Shown piece by piece: positions 1 to 8,579 of a stretch of DNA of 47,497 nt. Position 1 is the stretch's first letter. Every line of letters begins with the position of its first letter. A model generated the notes under the pieces. The model was not told the DNA's origin and ran no database searches. It worked only from the letters and a program-made list of their open reading frames with translations. The position numbers and the translations under genes are program-made. Source of the DNA: Candidatus Eiseniibacteriota bacterium (GTDB lineage Bacteria > Eisenbacteria > RBG-16-71-46). The stretch covers positions 1 to 47,497 of the forward strand of contig JAYSRO010000445.1 of the NCBI GenBank assembly GCA_043720995.1. The letters run 5' to 3'.

Positions 1-8
1 TGGACCGC

Positions 9-2336
9 ATGCCCATCTGCCCGATGGCCGGCGAAAGCTTCGAGGCCCATGTTCGCGCGCTCCATGGCGACCTCACATCGGTTCGCTTTTGGCTCAGCGA
101 CGGCGGCACGAGTGCGATCGACGCCGCGATTCTCGAACGTAGCGGTCCATATGATATTTGGTCTGCATCGATACCGGTGACCGTCTCGGGCTACCCTTCC
201 TATTACATCGAAGTCCACGACGGGGCCGTGCTCGCCTACCTGAGCACGGGCGGCATCACGGACACACCTCCGGTCGACGGCGGCTTCGCGCTGGACTTCA
301 CATCGCTCTCGCACGCGCCGCTGGGCGCCACACCGGTGCACCCGAGCGGGGCGGTGTTCCGGGTTTGGGCGCCCAATGCCTCGAGCGCCACGCTGCGGGG
401 CCAGTTCAACGCTTGGGATCTCTCGGCTCCGATGACGCGTCTCGGCAACGATTACGTGATCTGGAATCCGAACGCCATCGCCGGCCAGCAGTACAAGTAC
501 TTCTTCAACGGCAGCCTGTGGCAGACCGACGCGCGCGCCCGCGCCGTCAATCCCGTCGAATTCATGAACGGAGTCATCGAGAATCCGGACGGCTACGCGT
601 GGCAGGCCCTGGACTTCCAGACGCCTGCACCGCAGGACCTCGTGATCTACCAGTTGAACGTTGACACGTTTGCCGGGCGCAACGATCCCTTTGGCACCGC
701 GCCTTTCCCGTCGCGCTTCGTCGACGTGGCGGCACGGGCCGGCCACCTGGCGGAGCTCGGCGTCAATGCCGTGATGCTGAATCCAGTGATCCAGTGGTGC
801 GACAACGTGTACGCCGGCTACACGCCCATGACCGTCTGGGCCGTGGACGCGCGTTACGGCACACCCGACCAGCTGAAGGCCATGATCGACACGTTCCACC
901 AGCACGGCATCGCCGTGCTCCTCGATCTGGTCTGGAATCATTTCGCCTGCGACCTACTCCAGAACTACGATGGCACCCAAATCTACTTCGCTACTCCGGC
1001 AGCGCAGACACCATGGGGTCCGCAGGCGGACTTCAATCGCGCGGAGGTCCAGGACCTTTTCATTCACAGCGCCTACATGTGGCTCGACGAATACCGCGCG
1101 GATGGCTTCCGCATGGACGCGGCCCGGGAGTTGGTCAATTCGCAGGCTCAGGGTTGGTCGCTTGCCCGTCGACTCAACGACGACGTGGATCGCCGCTGGA
1201 AGGATAAGTTCGTCCTCGCCGAGTCCAGCCCTATTCCCGCGCTCACGGATCCGAGTTCGAGCGGCGGTGGCGGGTTCGACGCCCAATACCATTTCGCGTT
1301 CGGGTCCCAGCTCCGGCAAGCGATGCTTGCCGCCGATCCCTCGATGGCGAGTGTCGCCGCCGCACTCGCGGGCGACGGGGCGTACGACTACGGCCAGAAG
1401 GGGCTGAACTTCCTCGAACTGCACGACGAGGTGTGGACCAACGGGCGAATGGTGACGCAGCTCGATCCGAGCGCGCCTCACGACGACCCTGCCGCCCAGG
1501 CGATGCTGAGACTCGGGCAAGGAATGACGATGCTGTCGCCCGGCATCCCGGCGATGTTGATGGGCTCGGAATGGCTCGAGGACACGCCATTCGGCAGCAG
1601 CAGCGCGACCTATCGAATCGACTGGTCGAAGCAAACAACCTACGCGCCGTTCTACCAGTACATGCGCGACCTGATCGCGCTGCGGCGCAACGACGGCATG
1701 CTGCGCGCTGGCGTCCCGCACCAAGTGTTCCACCTCGATGAGACCCACAACGTGATCGCCTTCAAGCGCGCGGACGGCACGGGGGGCCACACCGTGGTCA
1801 TCGCAAATTTCGGCGCCGCCGACCAGCACGCGCTTCGCCTCGGGCTGCCGTCGAGTGCGGGTTGGCGCGAGGCGCTCAACAGCCAGGACCTGCTCTACGG
1901 CGGCAACGGGCTCACGAACCCGGGAATGATCGTGCCCACCGCGGTGCCCGCGGACGGATTCCCCCAGTCGGCGGCCCTCGAACTACCCGCTCGGTCCGTG
2001 GTGGTCCTGCGTCCCGCCGCAGCCCTCGCAGCACCCGCATCGCCTACCGACGCCGGCGAACCGTTGCGGATCGTCAGCGCGGGCCCCAATCCGTCTGCCG
2101 GAGCGGTAACGCTCGTCTTCGCGCAGGGGCGACCCTCAGCGGCTCGCGTGACGGTGTTCGATCTGCATGGCCGCACCGTCGCGAGTCTCCTCGACAGGCC
2201 TCGGCAGGCCGGCCGGCACACCGTGGTTTGGGACGGTCACGGAGCCGACGGCGCACCTGTGTCACCGGGTATCTACCTGCTACGGGTCGACTCGGCCGGT
2301 GCGTCGGTGAGCAGGCCCGTGGCAATCCTCCACTAG
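9..2336 (+). CDS. GH13 alpha-amylase-family / 1,4-alpha-glucan branching-enzyme-like protein with CBM48 and C-terminal FlgD-Ig/T9SS-CTD-like domain; probably 5'-truncated by the window edge
   Basis: CBM48-type FRVWAPNA..LRGQFNAW; GH13 catalytic regions DGFRMDAA (nucleophile D), LAES (acid/base E) and ELHDEV; tail GPNP...VFDLHGRTV...WDG...PGIYLLRV. The frame is open to the window start and no signal peptide is visible. Confidence 0.85.
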   Translation: MPICPMAGESFEAHVRALHGDLTSVRFWLSDGGTSAIDAAILERSGPYDIWSASIPVTVSGYPSYYIEVHDGAVLAYLSTGGITDTPPVDGGFALDFTSLSHAPLGATPVHPSGAVFRVWAPNASSATLRGQFNAWDLSAPMTRLGNDYVIWNPNAIAGQQYKYFFNGSLWQTDARARAVNPVEFMNGVIENPDGYAWQALDFQTPAPQDLVIYQLNVDTFAGRNDPFGTAPFPSRFVDVAARAGHLAELGVNAVMLNPVIQWCDNVYAGYTPMTVWAVDARYGTPDQLKAMIDTFHQHGIAVLLDLVWNHFACDLLQNYDGTQIYFATPAAQTPWGPQADFNRAEVQDLFIHSAYMWLDEYRADGFRMDAARELVNSQAQGWSLARRLNDDVDRRWKDKFVLAESSPIPALTDPSSSGGGGFDAQYHFAFGSQLRQAMLAADPSMASVAAALAGDGAYDYGQKGLNFLELHDEVWTNGRMVTQLDPSAPHDDPAAQAMLRLGQGMTMLSPGIPAMLMGSEWLEDTPFGSSSATYRIDWSKQTTYAPFYQYMRDLIALRRNDGMLRAGVPHQVFHLDETHNVIAFKRADGTGGHTVVIANFGAADQHALRLGLPSSAGWREALNSQDLLYGGNGLTNPGMIVPTAVPADGFPQSAALELPARSVVVLRPAAALAAPASPTDAGEPLRIVSAGPNPSAGAVTLVFAQGRPSAARVTVFDLHGRTVASLLDRPRQAGRHTVVWDGHGADGAPVSPGIYLLRVDSAGASVSRPVAILH

Positions 2337-2373
2337 GCGCGAGAGCGCGTTCCCAGCACTCGCGGGGATTCGC

Positions 2374-2415
2374 ACGGGCGAGTGACGTTCTCGGGAATGA
2401 GAGTTCCTGTCCATC
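2374..2415 (+). repeat. 42-bp dispersed repeat, copy 1 (IS91 oriIS-like 3' end)
   Basis: ACGGGCGAGTGACGTTCTCGGGAATGAGAGTTCCTGTCCATC matches 8538-8579 at 35/42 positions by hand alignment. Confidence 0.7.
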
Positions 2416-2488
2416 GCCCCCGAGGACACTTTGGACCAGCTCGCCGTTGCGCTGCTGCAGCTCCCGGATCTTTTCCTCGCCCGCCCTG

Positions 2489-5212
2489 CTACTTCCGGTT
2501 CACCAGCTCACTGAAGCGCGTGTCCAGTTCGACGATCCCGGCGCTACTCGAGCGCGGCGGCGTGGAAAGGACATAGAATTTCTCGCCCGTCGCATCGACA
2601 TCCCAGCTGGCGACTTCGTGGGTGATGGATTTGACGGGCAGGATGAACAGTTCCTGGGGCGTGCCGGCGCGGAAGCCCGCCTGCGTGTCGATATCCACCG
2701 CCATGATGCTGGGCCGCGCCCATGATTCGTACAGGAGTTCCTTGCCGTTCTTGCTCCAGCGCGGCCAGATTCCGGGCTTGCTCGAAACCTGCCAGCGGCC
2801 GGGCACACCCGTCAGGCTGACGACCACAATCTGGTACGAGGGTTCCACCCCGACCACTCCGGCCATCCAGCGGCCGTCGGGTGAGACCGTGCCCTGGAAG
2901 ATCTTGAGCGTGCTATCGACCAGCGCCTGCGGGATGCGGTCCCCCGCCGCCGTGGGAATGGCGAAGTTGCTGCCGCCCAGGGAGAAGGCGACCAGTCGGC
3001 CATCCGCCATCCAATTCCTGAGCGAGACCGGCGGCCCCGCCGGCAAGGGTATGGAATCCGCAAGGCCCAATCCGTCGACAGCACCGATACGAACGATGCT
3101 GTGGCCGTCGGCGTAGCGGATCACGTACGCAAAGCGGCTGCCATCGGGCGACCACACCGGAGTGATCGCGCGATCCTCTGTGAACGTCAAGCGCGCCTCG
3201 GTGCCGCGAGCGAGATCGCGGATGTAAATGTCGCCGCCGCTGCGCAACGAAATGCGCGAGCGCTGGAACAACACCCTGGAACCATCGGGGGCGACGCGAG
3301 GATCAGCGATGGTGCCCGAGGCGATCGTCTGCCCCGTGGGCTTGCCGGTGCGGTCGGTTTCGAGGATCGGTGCCACAAAGTCATCGGTCTGGCGCGAGAA
3401 TGCGAGGATGCCGTTGTTCGAGACCGAGAAGTGTCCCTGCGCCCCGCCGATGCGGATCTGGTCGGCGAGCGTGACGGGCTCGCCCGTCAATTTGGCAGCG
3501 CCCAGATCCAGCTTCTGCGCCAGCAGCGAGGTGCCGCGCACGAACAGAACCCAGCCGCCGGGACCGTATTCCACGCGGCCATCGGAGTGACCGATCACTT
3601 TGGAGTCGAGCGAGCCCAGCTTGCCGAGGCGGATGTTGGAGTTGCCGCCGTTCTGCGTGTTGCCGATGAACAGGAAGTGCTCGCCGTCCGGCAGGAAGCA
3701 CGGCCAGGCGCTGCCGATTTCACCCTTGGCGCGGTCGATGCGCGAGGCAGGCTTGAGCTCGCCGCCGCCAGCAGGGACCACCAGCAGCGAATCGGTGAAC
3801 TTGCCGTCCATCAGGATGAAACCCTTCGAGCCCCAACTCAGGTCGCTGCCCGCTGCCGCGCACACCGTCACCGGCGAGCCGCCCGCGATCACGACACGCT
3901 GGAGCTTCTGCTCCTTGACGAACGCCACTTCGTTTCCGTCGGGAGACCAGTACACCCGCGCCGTACGTTCGGTGCCCGGGATGGGGTGCATGTCGATCTG
4001 GTTCATGGGCCGCACATACGCGGTGGTGACGTTCGTGGAATCGACGGCCTCGACCAGCAGGAACTTGCCGTTCGGTGAGACGCGGGGCCAGAACATCTGG
4101 AAAGCTTCCGGAATGGGCGTGAGCCGGAACCGCGCCGCGATCGGCGGTTCGCTCGGGCGCAGCATCGCCCAGGCGATCGCGCCCACTGCCAGCACGCCGG
4201 CGAGAGCCGCGACGCCCCAGGCGAGCTTGGTGTTGCCGCCGCGCGCGTGCGATGCCGCGACGGCCGCCGCCACCTGCGATTGCATCACGCTCGTGCTCGA
4301 CAGCCCCGCCCCCTCGGCGATGCCCTGCAGGTGCAGGCGGATGTCGTGCGCGGTCTGGATGCGCTCTTCCGGATCCTTGGCGAGGCAGTTGCGGATCAGC
4401 CGGTCGATACCCGCAGGCGGACCGCCGAGCGTACTCGCGCCCGAGGCACCCGAGGGTGCTTCGCCCACCGGCGCCGGTTCGCGCTCGAGGATCGCCGCGA
4501 TCAGTGACGCCTGGCTGCGGCCTTCGAACGCGCGGCGGCCCGTGGCCATTTCGTACAGGACACAGCCGAACGCCCAGATGTCGCTGCGCACGTCGGCTTC
4601 CTTGCCCTCGAGTTGCTCGGGCGCCATGTACTGGAACGTGCCGAGCAGGGAGCCCTCGGTCGTCAACGCGGGCGCCACGGTCGGCGACTGCGACAGTCCC
4701 GCCATGGTGATGCTGCCCCCGGCAGCGCCCCCGGGGGCCGCGACGCGAGACAGCCCAAAGTCCATGAGCTTGGCGCCATTCTTGGTGAGCATGACATTGC
4801 CCGGCTTCAGGTCGCGGTGCACCACGCCCGCGCGATGCGCGCGGTCGAGCGCGTCGGCGATCTGCGTGGCGTAGCGCAACAGTTCCGCCGCCGGCAGCGG
4901 CCCGCGCTGCAGGCGCTCGGCCAGTGTGCCGCCCTCGATCAACTCCATCACGATGAAGTCGACTTCCCCTTCGCGCCCCACGTCGAACAGCATGCAGATG
5001 TTCGGGTGGTTGAGCGACGAGATCGTCTTGGCCTCGCGCTCGAAGCGCGCGCGCACTTCCGGGTTGTCGGACAGATGGACCGGCAGCACCTTGATGGCGA
5101 CATCGCGCCCCAACCGCGTGTCACGGGCGCGATACACTTCGCCCATACCGCCAGCGCCAAGCGGAGTCGAGACTTCGTAGGGACCGAGTCGGGTACCGGG
5201 ATTGAGGGTCAT
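2489..5212 (-). CDS. Hanks-type Ser/Thr protein kinase with TM helix and TolB/PD40-like beta-propeller
   Basis: LGAGGMGEVY, VAIK, HRDLKPGN, DFG, GTFQYMAPE, DIWAFG; hydrophobic LAWGVAALAGVLAVGAIAWAML; repeated (W/V)SPDG blades. Confidence 0.95.
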   Translation of the reverse strand: MTLNPGTRLGPYEVSTPLGAGGMGEVYRARDTRLGRDVAIKVLPVHLSDNPEVRARFEREAKTISSLNHPNICMLFDVGREGEVDFIVMELIEGGTLAERLQRGPLPAAELLRYATQIADALDRAHRAGVVHRDLKPGNVMLTKNGAKLMDFGLSRVAAPGGAAGGSITMAGLSQSPTVAPALTTEGSLLGTFQYMAPEQLEGKEADVRSDIWAFGCVLYEMATGRRAFEGRSQASLIAAILEREPAPVGEAPSGASGASTLGGPPAGIDRLIRNCLAKDPEERIQTAHDIRLHLQGIAEGAGLSSTSVMQSQVAAAVAASHARGGNTKLAWGVAALAGVLAVGAIAWAMLRPSEPPIAARFRLTPIPEAFQMFWPRVSPNGKFLLVEAVDSTNVTTAYVRPMNQIDMHPIPGTERTARVYWSPDGNEVAFVKEQKLQRVVIAGGSPVTVCAAAGSDLSWGSKGFILMDGKFTDSLLVVPAGGGELKPASRIDRAKGEIGSAWPCFLPDGEHFLFIGNTQNGGNSNIRLGKLGSLDSKVIGHSDGRVEYGPGGWVLFVRGTSLLAQKLDLGAAKLTGEPVTLADQIRIGGAQGHFSVSNNGILAFSRQTDDFVAPILETDRTGKPTGQTIASGTIADPRVAPDGSRVLFQRSRISLRSGGDIYIRDLARGTEARLTFTEDRAITPVWSPDGSRFAYVIRYADGHSIVRIGAVDGLGLADSIPLPAGPPVSLRNWMADGRLVAFSLGGSNFAIPTAAGDRIPQALVDSTLKIFQGTVSPDGRWMAGVVGVEPSYQIVVVSLTGVPGRWQVSSKPGIWPRWSKNGKELLYESWARPSIMAVDIDTQAGFRAGTPQELFILPVKSITHEVASWDVDATGEKFYVLSTPPRSSSAGIVELDTRFSELVNRK

Positions 5213-5524
5213 GGTGCGGAGAATCTACAGGGTGAGGGTGTCGTCCGGCTAGGCCCCGCGCATGGGCGAGGTGTGTCGTCAGAGCCGGCGGCGGATTGGC
5301 CCGCGCTGCTTGCTCGCAGGCGGCGCTACGGGGTCAGCGTCGAGAGATATGCCGCCAGCGCAATCATGTCGCCCCGCGAGAGCGCGGCAACGCTGCCGAC
5401 GCCCGCAGCCAGACGTACTGGCCATCGCTGCATGTTCAGGCTCCGGAATGGACGTCCTGCGCGGCCGGCAACGATGCGCTCACCGCATCCCGCGCCGCCG
5501 CGCGCGTCGCAACGCACAACACGG

Positions 5525-5590
5525 TTCATCACCGAGCTAGCGGTGATACGCCGCATCATCGACCACCTTGAGCGCGGCCCGGTCGATGCG
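5525..5590 (+). mobile_element. Possible remnant of the C-terminus of an IS91-family (Y2 rolling-circle) transposase
   Basis: Intergenic frame reads FITELAVIRRIIDHLERGPVDA, resembling the FIT(E/D)xxVIxxILxHL tail of IS91/ISCR-like transposases. There is no start codon and no upstream transposase body. Confidence 0.45.
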
Positions 5591-5786
5591 CGCGCCAGAT
5601 GTTCGACCCGTGGCGGCGCCCGATTGCAATAACGTGATCGGCATGCGGATGGCGACCCCCGCCGGATCGGCCACTGCGGTGACACGGCAGCGATCGTGAA
5701 CTGTCTCGAAGTTCCGGCTCGAAGCGGTGGTCGCGGTCGTGTCGCACTGCTTCGGCAGGCCTCGCGACATGATGTGGATTCCCGCG

Positions 5787-8498
5787 ATGCGACTCACCCC
5801 GGGAACTCGCCTCGGCCCCTACGAAATCTTGGCCCCGCTAGGCGCAGGCGGCATGGGTGAGGTGTTCCGCGCCAAGGACACGCGGCTTGGCCGTGACGTG
5901 GCGATCAAGGTGCTACCCCAGCATCTCTCCGCCAACCCCGAGGTGCGCGCGCGCTTCGAGCGCGAGGCGAAGACCATCTCGAGCCTCAATCACCCGAGGA
6001 TCTGCACGCTGTTCGACGTCGGCTGCGAGGGTGAAACCGACTACCTGGTGATGGAATTGGTCGAGGGCGAGACGCTGGCAAAACGGCTGGCGAAGGGAGC
6101 GCTCCCTCCCGCCGACGTGCTCCGGCTCGGCGCGCAGATCGCCGAGGCGCTCGACCGAGCGCATCGCGCCGGCGTGATCCACCGGGACTTGAAGCCTGGG
6201 AACGTCATGCTCACCCGGTCCGGGGCCAAGCTGATGGACTTCGGTCTGGCGCGGGCGACGGGGCTGACAGGACCCGCGGGTGCGAGCGCCCTGACGGCGG
6301 CGATGACCCAATCGCCCACGATCGCTGCGCCACTCACGGCCGAGGGCACGATCGTCGGCACGTTCCAGTACATGGCGCCTGAGCAGTTGGAGGGCAAGGA
6401 GGTGGACACGCGCAGCGACATCTGGGCGTTGGGCTGCGTGCTGTACGAGATGGCAACCGGCCGCCGCGCGTTCGAAGCCGAAAGCCAGGCCTCGCTGATC
6501 GCCGCGGTCATGAAGACCGAGCCGGCGCCCATGAGCACGCTCCAGCCCGTCACGCCGCCTGCGCTCGAGCGCATCGTGCGCCGCTGCCTCGCCAAGTCTC
6601 GCGACGAGCGCTTCGAGAGCGCGGGCGATCTGGCGTTCGCGCTCGAGTCGGTGGCCGAGTTCTCGCAAGGTCATGGCGATGCAGGCACGTTGTCGCGAGA
6701 TCTGTCCGCGGCTTCAGGTGCGAACGCGCCCACAGCGCGCCGCGCAAGCGGGTTACGCGAAGCCGCCGCGTGGGTCGCCGCTGTTGTTGCACTCACCGCA
6801 TTCCTCTGGGTGCGCAAGCATGCACCCGCCGAGCCCGAGACGCCGGTCGTGCGGACACACATCGAAACGCCCCCTGGCGAGGCGATCGTCGTGGGCGGTT
6901 ATCCCATCGTGGTTTCACCGCAGGGTGACAAGCTTGCGTTTGTCATGGCTGGCGTCTCGGGGTATCGCACCGTCGTCCAGCGGATGAGCGAAGTCGGCGT
7001 GGGCATCCAAGTCGCCAGCGGGTCGCTCAAGAATCTTGCGTTCTCGCCCGACGGAAGCGAACTGGTGTATTCCGACGGTTTCGACGTGCGACGCATCTCC
7101 GCGGATGGCGGACCGAGTCGCGGGATCACGCCCCTCGGCAAACGCCGGATCTCCGGACTCGCCTGGGCAGGCGATGGCACCATCTTGATCGGCACCGAGA
7201 ACGGCCTGTTCGCGGCGCCCGCCGGCGGTGGCCCCGCGACGCCCCTCGGCGACACCACCGCGGTGGATGGCGCTTCGGACCTGGCGCTGCTGCCCGACGG
7301 CAAGACGGTGCTGGTGCGCAGCGGCCAACACGCGCCGAAGGCGACGATAGTGGCCATCTCGCTCCGGACGAAACAGGTCACCGGCATCGGGCTTGCGGGT
7401 GCGCGCGCACCGCTGGGTGTGATCGACAATCGACTCGTCTACCTGGATGAGAAGGGCGATGTGACGGCCATTGGCTTCGACGCCAAAACGCTGCATGTTC
7501 GCGGCGAACCGGTCCTGCTCGAAAGCAACGTGGATGGGGTCGGCCTCTCGCGCAGCGGGACACTCGCCTACCTGCCGAGCGCCAGCATGTCGCGGAGGGT
7601 GCTCACCGGTGGCGGAACCGAAGTGGCATTGCGCAGTGAGCCCGCCAACTACGAGACGCCACGTCTCTCACCCGACGGACGACGGATCGCCGTGTCCATC
7701 CAAGCCGACGGCGGCTGGGACATCTGGGTGCTCGACCGCGCGAGCAACACGTTCACGCGACAGACGACGGCCGGTATCAATCGCGCACCGGAGTGGTCAC
7801 CGGACGGCAAGCGCATTCTCTACAAGGCCATCACGGGCGGAACGATCAGCACGAAGGGATTCAGCACCGGACGCACCCCGATCCTTTGGGCGCCTGCGGA
7901 CGGCAGCCAGCAAGCCGAGACGCTCTACGTGGCCGATGCGGCCGTGAATGAGGCGGTCCTCTCGCCCGACCAGCGCTGGCTCGTGTTGCGCACCGACCCG
8001 ACCCCGCCGTATCCGCGCGATATCTTCGCAGTCGACCTCAAGGGCGACCGCAAGCTCCAGCCGATGGCGACGGGCCCGTCTTCGGAGATGATGCCGAGGC
8101 TGTCGCCCGATGGTCATTGGCTCGCGTACCAATCGGACGTGAGCGGGCGCAACGAGGTCTTCGTGCGGCCGTTCCCGGGCGAGGGCGCGCGCGTGCAGGT
8201 CAGCGACAACGGCGGCGGCGAACCCATGTGGGATCGCAAGGGACGCATGCTGTACTACCGTGCGTCCGAGGGCATCACCGTCGCGACCGTGACGAGCGGC
8301 GCCGTGCTGTCGGTTGGCGCGCGCAAGCTCGTACTGCGCGACACGGACCCGAGCGATCCGTCGCATCAGTCTTACGACGTCGCGCCCGACGGCACGCACT
8401 TCCTGATGCTGCGCCACGAGGGTAATGAGCGTAGGGCGATCGTGGTACACAACTGGCGGCGCGAACTGCGCGAAAAACTGCGGAAGACCGGGGAGTGA
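5787..8498 (+). CDS. Hanks-type Ser/Thr protein kinase with TM helix and TolB/PD40-like beta-propeller (paralog of 2489-5212)
   Basis: Start set at ATG 5787 (MRLTPGTRLGPYE) by alignment to the paralog; same kinase motifs; FSPDG/LSPDG/WSPDG repeats. Confidence 0.95.
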   Translation: MRLTPGTRLGPYEILAPLGAGGMGEVFRAKDTRLGRDVAIKVLPQHLSANPEVRARFEREAKTISSLNHPRICTLFDVGCEGETDYLVMELVEGETLAKRLAKGALPPADVLRLGAQIAEALDRAHRAGVIHRDLKPGNVMLTRSGAKLMDFGLARATGLTGPAGASALTAAMTQSPTIAAPLTAEGTIVGTFQYMAPEQLEGKEVDTRSDIWALGCVLYEMATGRRAFEAESQASLIAAVMKTEPAPMSTLQPVTPPALERIVRRCLAKSRDERFESAGDLAFALESVAEFSQGHGDAGTLSRDLSAASGANAPTARRASGLREAAAWVAAVVALTAFLWVRKHAPAEPETPVVRTHIETPPGEAIVVGGYPIVVSPQGDKLAFVMAGVSGYRTVVQRMSEVGVGIQVASGSLKNLAFSPDGSELVYSDGFDVRRISADGGPSRGITPLGKRRISGLAWAGDGTILIGTENGLFAAPAGGGPATPLGDTTAVDGASDLALLPDGKTVLVRSGQHAPKATIVAISLRTKQVTGIGLAGARAPLGVIDNRLVYLDEKGDVTAIGFDAKTLHVRGEPVLLESNVDGVGLSRSGTLAYLPSASMSRRVLTGGGTEVALRSEPANYETPRLSPDGRRIAVSIQADGGWDIWVLDRASNTFTRQTTAGINRAPEWSPDGKRILYKAITGGTISTKGFSTGRTPILWAPADGSQQAETLYVADAAVNEAVLSPDQRWLVLRTDPTPPYPRDIFAVDLKGDRKLQPMATGPSSEMMPRLSPDGHWLAYQSDVSGRNEVFVRPFPGEGARVQVSDNGGGEPMWDRKGRMLYYRASEGITVATVTSGAVLSVGARKLVLRDTDPSDPSHQSYDVAPDGTHFLMLRHEGNERRAIVVHNWRRELREKLRKTGE

Positions 8499-8537
8499 TT
8501 CCAGGGACCGACGAATACTCCTGGGTCAGGTCGCGGG

Positions 8538-8579
8538 ACGGGCGAGCGGCGCTTCCGGGAATGAGCGTTCCTATCCATC
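8538..8579 (+). repeat. 42-bp dispersed repeat, copy 2 (IS91 oriIS-like 3' end)
   Basis: ACGGGCGAGCGGCGCTTCCGGGAATGAGCGTTCCTATCCATC; ends in TTCCTATCCAT and overlaps the stop codon of the convergent gene at 8571. Confidence 0.7.
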
